Source: an uncultured virus (IMG/VR IMGVR_UViG_3300021093_000048)
Taxonomy: Duplodnaviria; Heunggongvirae; Uroviricota; Caudoviricetes
DNA: 64,000 bases
Strand: one strand, 5' to 3'
Virus record (IMG/VR): IMGVR_UViG_3300021093_000048
A program made the position numbers and the translations under genes. Below the pieces are notes generated by a model. The model saw only the letters and a list, made by a program, of their open reading frames with translations. It ran no database searches and had not been told where the DNA came from. Positions 46,601-61,600 of the stretch are shown here, in pieces. Within the stretch, counting starts at the first letter, position 1, and the number at the start of each line of letters is the position of its first letter.

Positions 46601-49600
46601 GAATTACTGCTGTTACAGATCCCTGTGTCAGAGTTTGTCCAACTGCCATAGCAGTGCCTGTAGTTGGTCCAAGATATACGACATCTCCAGTATCTTCTAA
46701 GACAGTTGCAGACCCACCAGCGCCGTTTGTGACTGGACTACCAGCAGTAAATCTAGTGGTATTATATACCACTGTTGCAGTGCCTAGAGCTCCTGTGGTT
46801 GGATTTCCACCAGTAAATGTTACTGTTGGTGGATTATTTGGATCATATCCCTTACCTCTATTAGTAATAGTAATAGATTCTACAAATACTGTTGTATTAA
46901 TTGTGATAGTTGGATCTACTGATGTAGTAGATGTGTCATTTTGTGTAAGCGCAAAATCATAGCCAACGCCAGTCGGAAATACAGCTTCAGTATCAATAAA
47001 TCCAATTCTATACAATCCATAGTTATCTGTTGCCGTTCCACCAGCACTTCTTTGCACTCTCCATCTAGTACTAGATGTCTTAGCTGCTGTTCTGATGGGA
47101 ATATCCACGTAATTTAGCGTTGCAAAATTAGTATAATTTTGGTTTTGACCATTAATACCAGATGTTCCCGCATCACCACCAAAAATGATGGTGTCATGAG
47201 TAACATATGTTGCTCCATTGTCAATTGAATAAAGGAGAGTTAAATTTTGACCAGCAGCTGCGGGAGCTTCTCCCCCATTTGTATTATTACCTGCAATAGC
47301 ATAGACTCTAATAGTATCATATGCTGTCATATCATATGGAGTATTGATGGTAGCGGTATTTGCTCCAGCACCTGCTCCAAACTTAACATAGGATTTACCA
47401 GCATTAAAATTGCCAGTTGTACCAGATCCAGTACCATTTGTTACTGTTGCACAACCAGCACCCAATGTATAAGATGCGGTGTTTGTGGATCTAAAATCAA
47501 ATACTAATCCATCATAGCGGACTGCACTAATTCCACCTCCAACTGGATTTCTAACTGTACTACCACCCCAACCACTTGTACCAGCTCCAATGAATATTAA
47601 TTCTGGGGCATAGTTAAAATTAGATCCAGCAGAATTGATTACAATAGATGTTAATTTTCCACCATTACTTAAGTTTGCTGTTGCTGTTGCAGCAATTCCG
47701 CCAGCGCCAGGATCACTAATTTGAATGGTTGGAGTTGATTGATATCCAGCACCAACATTAGTTAAAGAAATTACACTAATAACGCCTTCTCTAAGAAGAG
47801 AAATGGGTTGAGCAGTGGTTGAATTCGTAGTAGAAGTATCAGTTAATGTGATATCATGAATGATATCATCAGCAATCTGATTGATAAATGTAGTATCGTT
47901 AGGTGTCCAAGTACCTGCCCCAAATTGTGTATCAACATTTGCTTTTATTTCTTCCTTAAAATAATTTTTATTGAAGAGTAAAATTCTTCCGCCATAAATT
48001 CCATCATCTCTAGAAGGAGATAATGCATCGATTAGTGTATCCCAAAGATTTTGGTATGCCGATACAACATCATTACAATCTGCTTGCGTATAGTTACCAT
48101 TTCCATTTGAATCGGTAATTGTATTATCACGATAAGCATTTTGTGTGGTATATAACGCAGCATACTGATCACCAGTTACAGATGCATTCTTATTGTAAAG
48201 TAAGTTATTTACTGCTTTAGACCCTAGGAATTTAACTTTTTCAAAAGCATATAGTGTTGCTAATAATTGATCTTCAACATGTTCAATTCCACCATTTTGA
48301 GTAACATAAAAATTAATAGATTCAACAGTATTTGCATTTCCACCAGTTATTAGATCAGTAATTATGCTATCAATGATTAACTTGATATCTACTTGACATC
48401 TTGCTTTTCCACCAAGAGGATAAGTAAATGCCAAGTAATTTGTAGTACTTAAAGTATATGTAAAATCTTTTTCTAGGATTTCTACAGCCTCTTCAGCAAT
48501 ATAATTTTTGTTAAAATATAGTAAGTTGCCAGCATCTCTATATCTGTCTCCAGTAGGAGCAAGAATATCATTAGCAAGAGAAATTAATGTATCAATTGCA
48601 TCTCTTACATTTTGACAATCGCCAGCATCAACCGTTATACCCCAAGGTTGAATAATTGGTTGATCTGTATTTGCACTAGTTAAATCTCCAATTACTGCTT
48701 GTTTTGCATAGTATCCGAGACGTTCGTGTGCATATAGAGATTGTAGTAGTTGCAATCTAACATGTTGAATTTCACCATTATTCTTAATATAGAATTTAAC
48801 CCCAGTTACTGTATTGAAATTACCACCATATTGAATGTCTTTTGCAACTGCATCAAGAAGTAATCCAAGATCAGTTTTACATCTTTCAGTACCACTTCCA
48901 TCTCCATCCTCATTTCCAGGCATAGTTAAAGCTAATTCTGGATATTTTTGAAGCATATCATATGCAGTCTTATCAACAATAGCCTCTCTATTATATCTAA
49001 TTAGATTTGCTGCATCATAGAATCTATTTCTAGATGCAGTATCAATTCTTCTAGTGACAATATAGTCATCAACATTATTAACTTGATCTATATCAAATGG
49101 CACACTATAATATGCATCAACATATGCGCCAAGATACTCATATACAGGAGCAACCCTCGTTAAAGATCCTAGATAATCACCAGTTGGATAAGTTACATTT
49201 GGTGTTTGTGCAATAGTAATAGTATCGATTAGGATATCAAGTAGATTTGCAATTGTATCCTTAACATCTGTACAATCGGTAGTACTATAATTTAAAACAT
49301 TAACAGAATTAGCTGCTGCACTTACAAATGTATGTGTAAACTGTGCATCTGCTGGAGATACACCAACATTTACCGTAAATGTATTAACAGTTGTTGATAC
49401 AATAGGAAGCACTCTATTATATGCTCTAGTATCAGAAACTCTTGGATGCTTAAGTTGTCTATAATTTCCATCACTGGTGCATGTGAATGTTAATGACTCT
49501 GGATCTATAGATATATAATTACTTGTTGTCAATCCATGACTAGATACGGTAAGTATAAGTAGTCCTGTAGCAGGATTATAAGATGCATTTGTTGGGGTTA

Positions 49601-52600
49601 ACTGAGTGATAGTATTATTAGAATCAGTAAGTGTAGCATTAGTTACCTGAGTTAATCCGTGATTACCAATAACTGAAATAAAGACATTGTTTATGACATC
49701 CTGACATACCCCAATTAGATAATTATACACCCAGAGTGTTTGTGCTTCTTCCCCAGCAACATGTCTCAAAGTAACTGGCGTGACAGTGCGATTTACATAT
49801 AATGCAGATGCATCCCACATGTAGCTATTGCCACCATTTCTTAGATCTCTTGCAAGCTCTTCAACAATATCGATTACATCATCAACACAAGACTGAGATC
49901 CAGTTGGGACACTAAATGGTGAGAATGGTGAAGAATTTTCAAGTCTATAAACGATCTCTCTAGCCATAAATTCTTTATTGTCTAATAGAAGATTGGCCGC
50001 ATCTAGATATCTAAATGTTTTACCAGCAAATCCAGTTGGAATTGTTGTTGGATTTGCAAGTACAGTAGCACGAATTGAATCATTGGAAAAATCATTACCT
50101 TTAGACCAGGTTGCTACTCCAGACCAATCTTCAGTATAAGTTTGGTTATTGGCACCATCTAAGTGAAGTAATAGTTTTGTATTTGTATCACCTTGGAATA
50201 TTCCAGTTGCTGGAGTAAAGTTTGCCGTATACCTTGTAGTATCAGACACTCTAACCTCATCAATATACGCATTTATTTCGTATTGATTTGCATATGATGC
50301 AGAATAACCAATATTCAATCCTGTGGCGTCAGTAACTCCTGCAGAAGTCCCAGTGTGAACCAAATTTCCATTAATAAATGATTTAATTGTATTTCCACTC
50401 CTTGACCAAGCAACATGAGTCCATTGACCAACTGAAACGCCAGTACCAGTTGTTTGCTCGTTAACAGTGGTATTTGTATATGATGTTAAGTATAAAGTGC
50501 CAGAGACATTGCGAATACCCCAATACTGATTAGCACCAGTAGTTGCAAACACCATAGAATATTCTTCTGCTGGAATATCTGGTAAATGAATCCATGCTTC
50601 AAGTGTATAATTTACAAAATCAAATTCTGTGGTATTGGATATGCTGAGATAATCCATATCCCCATCCAATCTTAAAGAAGTTGTACCAAACTTCTTCTGA
50701 ATTGTGGAAAGTTTTGCATTGCCATTAAAAACTACAGTATGAAAATCTGCCCCAATGCTGGTAGATCTACCCATCTTACCGAGATAGACTATACCTCTTG
50801 GTTTGTTGAATCCAATAACTTCAGCTTTACTATTTTCCGATCTGATAATTTGTCCTGGTGAGAAAAATCCACTTCCCTCAAAATTTTTACAACTTAATTT
50901 CCTAATTTCAGCAACATCAGATGAAGTAAAATTACCACTTTGTCCTCTAAAGGATATTAAGTAATTTCTAATGAATTCTTCATCTTCAAAATTGCCTGTT
51001 TGATTATTAGTCAATAAGACATTATTACTAATGAATTCTGTTGATGGGAATTTAGCATTAAATGGAGTTTGATTATCATTAAAATCAACTAAAGATACAA
51101 TCGATTTTGATAAGTCATCAATAATTGTATTTGGATAATTAGCAGAAGTAATTCTATTGAATAGGAATGCAAAGAATGCAGATCCATCAGAAATAGTAAC
51201 ACTTGGGATACTCTCATTAGTATCTTTAACTTTATAAACTGATAATGCTAAAACTCTAGAGACTACCTTTGATCCAGCAGCAACAATAACATCATTAACT
51301 TTAATATCAAACAGTCCTGGCGTTGATTGGTAAGTACCAGTAGTTTTACTAATAACAAGTTCATTAGTTACTTGAATTTCTGTGCCATAAATTGGTGTCG
51401 CTTCATTGTAATTGACAGCTGTAGTACCAGATTGTGCTCTTTGTACTGTAATTGTTGTTGATTGCGATCCTTGTGATACATCAGTAACTTTAATAAGTTC
51501 TGATCCAATTTGGTAATTTTTACCACTAACAAAAGTGGCAGCACCAACAGGACCAGATCCATCAGTTTGTACAACTTCAAATGTCGTAGTTCCAATACCA
51601 ATTGAGAATCTAAGTTCTGCAATTGGAGTATCGGATCCAGTTGCCAAGTTTACTTCTTCAACTTTTGCAGTTTTGCCCTGCAAATTCCTAATTGTCTCGC
51701 CAAAAATGTATAGACCAATATTATCAATATCTGCTTTTGTTGCAATATTTCCAGCAAAACCAGTTGATCCTGCAGTGACAAATTCACCAATGGTAAAGTT
51801 GCCTTGAGTCATGTATCCATATACATCATTGCCCTCTACAAGAGTAACAACTAATTTTGGTGGTCCTGCAAGAGATCCTGTTATAGTATTTCCAACCAGA
51901 GGATAAAATCCACTGACATTATTAAATGTCAGTTTGATAGTATCAATTTGCTCTATTTCTGCAACAGCATATTGCACTTTTGCTGGAGGTGCTGGTGGCT
52001 GAGCAAATACAATTGAATTACTTTGAATTTCAAATGAAGTGCCAGGAGTTTGTGCAATTCCATTCAAAATAACCATTAATTGATTTTCATTTGCAATAAC
52101 TTGCTGGCCATCTACAGTTAATGGGAATGAAATTCTTTCCCCGTCAAATAGTGGTGAAATATCATCCAATCTTTGTACGGTTGAAGTCAAAATTTGCTCA
52201 GAAGATGTAAGTCTCCTCTGTCTGAATAAAACTTCAGTATTATTAAAATCCTGATAAATTGGCTCAACTAGGGTAAAATCTTGAATATTTGGTACAATTG
52301 CTTCTCTAGCCAATTCTACAGACTTTGTTAATGAAAAATCTGTTTCTCTGTTAGCAATATATGAATTTTCATTTAGACTCAATTGACCAAAAACCTTAAA
52401 TGATGCTGGATGCACATTCTTAATAACTGGATCTTTCCAGTCATTAATTAATATTGAAGAGTCGATAGCATATGAGAAATCTTGATAATAGTAAGAATCT
52501 TGCACTCTTTGTACAATTTCTGACGGTTTTCCAATATCATCAATAAATTGTCCAGATGTCTTAGTAATTGCTCCAATTTCTAAAACACCCTTTGCAATAT

Positions 52601-55600
52601 TCAATTCAGCAATCGTGCCAGATGATTTTGAAATAACACCTGTTATTTTCTCATTAACTACAAAATCTCCATTTCTATCAGTAATTTTCAGCAGTCTAGG
52701 TCCAATTTGCCATCCACCATTTGTTGAAACATATCCAGTAGCAGTGGCAGTAGCAAAACTTGGTCCTTGATATACCAATTCACCTTCTAAGAAGGTAGAA
52801 GTTTCAACCGTAGCCTCAGCTGATCCACCAAATGAAGTGGTTAAAAGTTGCTGTCTTCCTAGACCAGCATTGACAAATGTTATGGCATCTCCTAATTCAG
52901 CATTAGATTCGGTAAGTGCTAATTGTAATTGATCATCTTCTAGAGAATTCTCAACTCCAGAGATTGCATAGTAAGTTGTGGTGCCATTTAATCTACCGAT
53001 AGATCCAGCGGCAAGTGGAAATTCTGCACCATCTCCAATATCAACAACGTTTAATGTTACTGGCGCACCATTTACAATTCCATGTGGAAAAGCAAATTGT
53101 AGTAGTCCAAGATCTAAATTAATAATATAGTTGAATGAAGATTTCAATTCAACTGTTGGTTCTGATGAATATCCAGATCCAGGATCTTTAATATAAATTT
53201 GCTCCAGTCTTCCATTTCTTATGGTAGATTCAGCAATAGCACCTGATCCGCCGCCGCCAGTAATTATAACTGCAGGTGGTTGTGAATAACCATTACCAGG
53301 ATTGGTTACTCTAATACTAGATAATACGCTAGTATTAATTAATTGGGCATTAACTGGGAAGGTTATTTCTGGACGGAGCGTATAATCATGAGTGTAATCA
53401 AATCCAAAATTATTATTTTTTAATTTCTTGATTTTTCCTACACTAGATCCTTTAGTAAAAATAGATGCTCCAGTTCCAATTGGTGGAATAACCACATTCA
53501 ATACCGCACCAGATCCAGTAAGTCCAGTGCCTAGAATTCCAGGAATCCCATCAACATCAATAAATGCAGTTGTATAATTTTTACCAGGAGAAGACACAGT
53601 TACATCAACAATCTGTCCTGGGATGATATTAGCTTCTTCATCAGTTGTATTGTCAACAATTATTGTGACTAATCCACCTTCACCATCTCCCTGAATTGGC
53701 ACGTTATCATAAGTGCCATTCGCATATTCAGTACCAGGATCTTCAATTTCAACTCTTTCAATTTTTCTAGTTGATTCAATTCCAGTAACGATTGGCAATC
53801 TCTGATAAAATCCACCACCACTGACTAAACGAATATTGGCAATAGGGCCAACAGCTCGTGTAGAATCGGTAGAATATGATGTCTGCTCAGGAATGGCAAC
53901 GCCTTCTGGTTCTGATTTAAGAATAAACGTCATTGCATTATCACCAGTGGTGATATTTCCTCCAGAAGTGGACACAACATCAAATGGTCCAATATAAGGA
54001 CTATTACCAATATCTAAAAATGCTCCTGAGGAAATAGGGCTATCATCACCACTTCTAGATGGATCAAAGTAATAAGAAATATTCGTAATATATTCTTTAT
54101 CAACTTTTAACTTGACTGAAGGTGGACTTCCTGATAATACAATACCTGGAGTGCCAATTCTTTCAATAGAGTTAAAAGAATATTCAAGTTTATTTAAACT
54201 ATCTTTTGAGAAAGATAGGTTTGCTCCAAGAAGAGATGAATGGGACATATCAAAAATATATTGATGCCCATAATACATCTTCAGGTTTGGAGATTTAATA
54301 AAGATACTGACATCATTTGGAATTGTAGATGGACTTGTAATTGCAACCGATGGTAATTTATAAGTAAATTCTTTTTTACTAATAATCTTATCTACAGCGA
54401 ATGACCCATCATACTCATCATATACAACATTACTTACAGTTTGACTTGGATTACCATCAACATATATTTGTGATCCTTCACTTAGATAATGAGAATTTGT
54501 GGTAATCACATAAACTTGATCAGTATTGCTAACTGCAGTTACTTGTAAAATCTTATTAAGATTTGTGGTAAGAGTGATATTTGTTACCGCCGTCAAACCA
54601 GTAATAGTTAAAATATTATAAGCAGCATTAAAAGATATATTACTGTTTGTTAGCGAAATTACAGATCCTGGAATATATGGAGATGTGCCACTGATGCTGT
54701 TAATCCTTACCTGATAGATTGCTGTTGCACTATATGGTTGGAATGTTGCATACTCATCAAGATTATCAATACCTCCAACTGGTGAAGGTGTACCATAATT
54801 AGATAGATTAATTACAAATGTACCAGGTGTTGTATTAGTTACCTCACTAAAAACATAATAATCAAATATATTTGTGTCACTTACTACTGGCCCACGAATA
54901 CCAAAAGTTGTTTGCTCATCAAATCTTTCTGTAGATAATCTACCAGTATTTAAATCATTTAACCAAGAATTATTATTTACAGCAAGATATACTTGATTTA
55001 AAGTTTTATCTACCTTAACAATATATCCACTATTGACAAAATTTCCAGATGTATTTTTTAAGACCAGTTTTGCACCAACAGTAAAGTTAAATGCTTGATT
55101 AATCGTTAACTTTTGGATATTATCAATCTTTTTAGTATTAGTTACTTTAAAATAATATCTATTTTTAACAATTGCTTCCGCCTTTAATTTTTGAGATCCT
55201 GGTGATGGTACAGTTGCATTTCTGAAGGACCAAATATCAGAAACATAGTTGATATTTGTTAAGTCTGAAACGTATAGTGTTGTTGCCTCAGAAAAATCAA
55301 GAATTTGCAATCCAGCATTACCAAGTGTATAACCAGCAGATGAAATAGTTAAGGTACTTGCTGATGATGATACAGTCTCTCTTTGTAAGGTAAAGGTTGT
55401 ATTATCTTGGAAATCATTTGTGACCAATCTAACAAGGTCTTGGTCTTTATCACTCTTAATTCCAGATCCATATGATTCCACATAATCATAACGATCTAAA
55501 TTATTACTAAACCATGCATCATCAACCCAATCATATGTTAGTGGGAAGTTTTGAGTTGCTGGAAGAGTAATACAGTCGGATGGTACTGATGGTATTACTG

Positions 55601-58600
55601 CATAACTTCTCAATCTAATAAAATCTACATGGAATCGTCCTTGACGGTCTGCAGTAAATGCACCAGCGACACCACCCCATCCAGGTTGATTCCCAATATA
55701 AACATCTTTATTTCCTAAAGATGTTGACTGGACTGTTCCAGTCATGACTTCAATACCATTTACGTAAGCAGTAAAAACATTACCAGATTTTCTTAATCCA
55801 ATAAATTGCCAACGATCATTGAACCACATATTTGTTTGCGATGATTCTAATGATCCAGAGGCCGCTGTTAATGCTGTTACATTATTAGTAACTGTAAGTT
55901 TTAACTTACCAGTGGAAATATCATATCCTAGCCATAGACCTCCAGTTGTGGTTGTTGCATCACCTATTGCAAATAGGGTTATATTAGTATTTGATGAGTG
56001 CTGTATGGATGATGGTTTATGAACCAACATATCAAATGTCCAATCACCAGCAAGTTTACTACCTAAAGCAGATCCCAAATGCTTTATGTAAGCAGTTACG
56101 GTTGTTGCAATCGTAGTAGTGTAACCTCTTATTGTTGCATAACCACTCCCAAATATTAATGCTTGATTTGCTCCAGATCCAGTACCAACTAAAGTTGGAG
56201 TATAGTGATTTGTTTTATCATATGCAGTGTTTCCTGTTGCATCTCCAATCACAGGAGCCCCGTTAAAATCGTAGACAAATTCATTCCTATTAATGTAAGA
56301 TTGCCCAAATACATAATTATCACCAGAATTATCAGTTTCGATAGTGATTGGATAGAAACCTTCAATATTAGATCCAGATGTAGATGGTATAAATCTTTCT
56401 TTAGTATGAGTTAGTAGAGTGCCATCATATTTAATTTTTACATTTCCACCATAAATCTCACCAGAATAATTTGTGTTTGCTCCAACTGGTAGAGTTTCTG
56501 CTGAAGTATTTACTGCGCTATACGCAAAATGAAGATCACCAAAAATATCAACTGAAGATTTGGTTGCTACTTTGGTGCTATTTGATCCAGTAGTATATCT
56601 GTAATTCCATATCTGATTGCCACTTTGATCATACTTACCAACCCAGAAACTATCAGTAATTGATGGAGTTGCTTTTAATCTACATGTAGCAACAACATAT
56701 AACTCACCATATTCATCAGATGTTAGATTTATATCAGTAAATGCATAATTTGCATTGGATTGCTCTTTTATCCACACAACTTCTATAGAAGTTGATAATA
56801 CTGTAACTTTTCCTAAAGATAGGTTAGTATTAGTAGATGAAGATGTTGTAGAAGTTTCTAAGGTAAAGAATAAAGATCCATCTACCAACTGCATTGAGGT
56901 TAATTTTTCAGATCCAGTAGCTGAAGCTAATTTTCTCTTAGTAACAAAAGAACCAGCTGTATCAATTACACCAATAAATGCATCAAAAGCAGATGTAGAA
57001 TTTGTATTTGTGAATCCTCCGATTGCAAATCTATTTGTTGAAATTTTTACAAGAGAAGTGATATTATCAGATCTTGTAGATCCAGAAATACCAGCATATG
57101 CCTTTTGAAATGATAAACTTGCACTCAATCCATCTACAGCCTCTGTGTATTTTACTAAAATAATATCTGGATTATAAACAGAAAGAGAACTACTATTTGG
57201 AGAATTTTGTCCGACAATCCAAATATTGCCATTATCGACCACCATCTTCTTAAATTCAAGATTTGTCGGTACACCAACTGGAAGATTTGAATTGAGAGTT
57301 TTTGAATATTCTTCTGCTCCATCTGCGGTCAACTTAGAGAAAAATCCAATTGTATTACCGTTACTATCAACAGATGATCCACAAATGTATACTTGTTTCG
57401 ATGTTGTAACTATAACATCATTGATCTTAATCTTTGATTGTCCTCCAGATGCACGAGAGACCCAATATTGCGCTTTTTTGAATATTTGAGGATGTGAAAT
57501 TAGGAGACGTGGATTACTAGTATATGAATTTCCAGAATTAGTAATATTAACTTGCGAAATAGCACCAAGGCTATCTACTACAGATTCTACAGATCCAGAT
57601 TTCCCATCACCACTAACCGTAATTACTGAAGGAATATCTTCGTTATATCCACTACCGTTTTGAGTAACTACAATTTCTTCGATACCCTTAAATTGACGAA
57701 CAACAAATGTTTTATTTGTATTGTCCATTATTGGACTATAGTCAACATAAATTTTATCACCACTCAATAAAGTATGTGGAACTGTAGTTGTGATTGTGCC
57801 ATAAATTTTATCATCTAAAATTTCATAAGTATAAGCTTCTACTTTTTCTCCTCCAATTCTGGAAATTCTAGCTGAAGCTCCATTTCCATTAGTACCAGTA
57901 TTATCAAATATTAGAATATCATTAACTTGATAGTTTTGTCCTGGATTTTCAACTGTAAATCCTGTTACAGAGGCATCTTCAAATTTTGTAGTAGTTTCTA
58001 CTTCAATATCAACTTTAGAATCAAATTTAACTTTTGGAAAATAATCAAATATCTGAAGAGGTGCCTCTTCTAATATTTCATCTGGATCAGAAGTTTCATC
58101 AGGAGATATGATGCCATCTCTATTTTCATCTTCAATTTCAAATCTTAGAATATCCCCATTTTCTAGAGTAATTGAATTTTGAGATGCATTTGGAGTTCTT
58201 TCAACATCAATATCAACATTCTCATATGGATCACGATATCTGACAACTCCAGTTGGAATATTCTGCTGAATTGCAGAGGCACTCAAATTCCATTCATCAA
58301 CTAAAGAATTATAATTTGGACCGATTATGTATGGGAAAACAGGATTGCCATCTGCACTAGCATCAATGGTTATAAAATAGCAGTACTGACCATTAGGAAA
58401 ATCTGGTGTTTTACAGAATCTACCATTATATTGATCTAAATCACCACTTGCAAAATTATATTCGTAATCTTCAACAAAATCACCAACAGGATATTCATCT
58501 AATGAAGGCCCCTGCACTCTTGCTGGATATGGATTAATTATAGAATCATAGATTACATTAGATTTTAATGCATAGGAACTACGCATTCTAGAAATTGGTG

Positions 58601-61600
58601 ATGTAGTGCTAGTAGGGTCAGAAAATGCATAAGGACCGTAAATTGGATTTCCATCAAACGCCCAACCCAAAATAGGAGAATGCTCAAGTTGCTCAGTTTT
58701 CTCTTGAATTTCGTCATTTACAATAAACAGATTATCACCAAGAATATATCTTAATCTTTGTGGATTTGAAACGTGAGCATACTCTCCGCCATACTGAGTA
58801 TTATACCCAGTGAAAATTGATCCTCGTGCAGAATCGTAAGTTGTAGTTTTTTCAAGATTAAATGTCCATTCTGATAATTGTGCATCAAATACTGCATTTT
58901 GACCAATGGAGGTTAAATTTATCAATGTTGTACCAGACTTATATCCAATACCCTTGTTTAAGATCACAATAGATGTGACTTTTCCAGCATTTTCGCCATC
59001 TAAGTCAATAACTGCTCTAGCAACAGCACCAAAACCTTCCCCCTGTATTGTTACTTCTGGAGCGGTAGTATATCCAACACCGCCAGAAATTACTGCAATA
59101 GATACAATTCTACCATTGCTAATAATTGGTTGAGCAGCTGCGCCAACGCCAGAGCTTAGGGTTACATTTGGATCTGCTGTATAATCTTCACCTCCATCCG
59201 TAACTAAAACACTTTTAATCGGACCTCTTACAACTGCGGTGCCAGTTGCGCCAGAACCACCGCCGCCGACGATACTAATCTCAGGTTTTGATGTATATCC
59301 AGATCCACCATTATTGATCAGTATATTAGATACCTTACCTTTTGTAATAATTGCTGTTGCTGAAGCACCAGATCCACCTCCACCAACAATAGACACTAGT
59401 GGGCTGGAAGTATACCCATTACCTTGATTATCTACTTTGACTGCAGTTAAAGATCCATCAACAATAACTTTTGCAGTTGCTCCAGATCCACCACCATCAG
59501 ATATAGTTAAGACGGGTGGATTCCCAGCATCATATCCAGATCCAGAATTTTCAATAAGAATTTGTTTAACAAAACCATATTTTTTTGTTTCTGCAGATTT
59601 ATATGACCATACAGATACTCCGTTAATTAGTGTGGCGATAGATCCTGGAAGAGTGGCATTTTTTGTAGATCTTGTCTGTGTTACCAAGGAAAATCTATTT
59701 AATTTTCTTTGATTACCTGGAAGAAGAGCAGATCCAACAAAAGGTCCAATATTATAGTTAGGAATACCAGTAGAAGCTACATACACATAATCCGTGTTGA
59801 AAAATGCATTTTGTACATTCGTAGTGTATGGTGAAATAGCGGTATTAATTGAAGTAGTTAAAGATTTGCCCTTATTCAAATCAACAGAGATAAGGATTGT
59901 ACCTTGAGGATTTAAAGTTGCTGGTTGAGGTAACTGATATTGGAAAACAGTATCCGAATCTCTAGAAGTAACTTCAAACGTTCCATTATAAATGGTTGGG
60001 TTTGCACCATATATTGTAACTTGATCACCAACTAATAATCCATGAGAAACGTCACAAGTAACTGTAGCAAATCTATTATTTACGCCACCAAATGTAAGAT
60101 TGGTAGCTTTAACAATTTTTTTAACGTTATAAATCCAAGTTTTTAGTTGGGGAATATCTGCAGTGCCTCCCAATTTTGAAACTGCTAATTTATCTCCAGG
60201 AAAATAATAAGATCCAGTATCTGTCAGTTTAGTTTGTTGAGCATCAACAATACCAACAATATTCAGCACTACTTCTTGAGCAGTACCGTAATTTAAATAT
60301 ATTTTAAAGTTTGATATAATTTCAGTGGCAGAATCCCAATTTTGAGGTGTAGTTTTAGAAGATCCCCTAGTGCATTCAATAAACTGATTTAGTGATTTTT
60401 CCTTATATCTAACAATTTCATTTCCATTAATTACAAATTCTCCATTTCTTTCAGGCCAACCAATAGTGGAGTCTACAGTAATAATATTAGTATCTTCTGT
60501 AATTGGCTCAGCTAACTTTGTCTTATATGGAACTACAAATGACCCCTGTATAGATCCAGCAGAAAGCACTAATTCATAAAGTGGTTCTTCGGAAGTTTGA
60601 ATTGCAAGATAATTCTCAACTAGAGCAGTTGCATATCTTACATTAGTATCTGCAATATCAGCAAACTGTTGTACTGTAGAATCCTTAATATTAATAGGAT
60701 CACCGCTTTCTAATGTGGCACGAAGAACTGTGCCGACAGACCAAGTAGCGGCGGATGGTTTAATAATTTGATCTCTTGGATAAGAAACTGTAGCATTTAC
60801 ACCATACAATAATTTAAAAAGATAAGAGATACTTAATGAGGTACCCTTAGTTGAATAAAATGTCTTAATTGTTCTGATTGCATTCCTAACATCAATATTA
60901 GCAAAATCTAGTTTAGGAACATCTGGTAAATATTGCTCAGAATATTTGTCTAATATCTTTCTAACAAAGACAGAATCTAAGCAAGTAATAGAAGATCCAC
61001 TTAAGTGCTCAGAAGCAGATGTTGATCCAGAAAATACTGCATTTCCTTCTTCAGTATATTTCAATAATCCACTAGCAGCTCTAGCACATCCTTCAAATTT
61101 ACACTTTTGATATCCGCTTCCATTTCTTACGACCTCAAATCCAGTTACTTCACCATCTCCAATATCGGCAGATGCTAGTGCTGGAGGGGGAGATTGAATG
61201 ATCACCTTTGGTGGTAAAGAAGAACTATAACCTTCACCAAAGTTAGTAATATTAATATCTGTAATCTGACCGTTAAAAATTACTGCTGAAGCTTTAGCAC
61301 CCACTCCACCAATGTACTGACCAGTGACAGGATCGACTCTATCATCAACAATATAAACTGATGGTACATCATCGTATCCACTACCACCATCAAGAATTTC
61401 AATATCAATTAGTCTTCCAGCAGCATCAACAGTAGAATATAATACTTGAGCACCAGTTGGTTGTATTACAGCAACTCTAGGTGCAACTTCATACCCCTGG
61501 CCAGCATTCACTAAAACTAACTGAGATACCTCTCCATTGTCATTTAAAACAGCATTAATTTTTGCTTGGATTCCATTTAGTCCTGTTGGTGGAGCAATAT

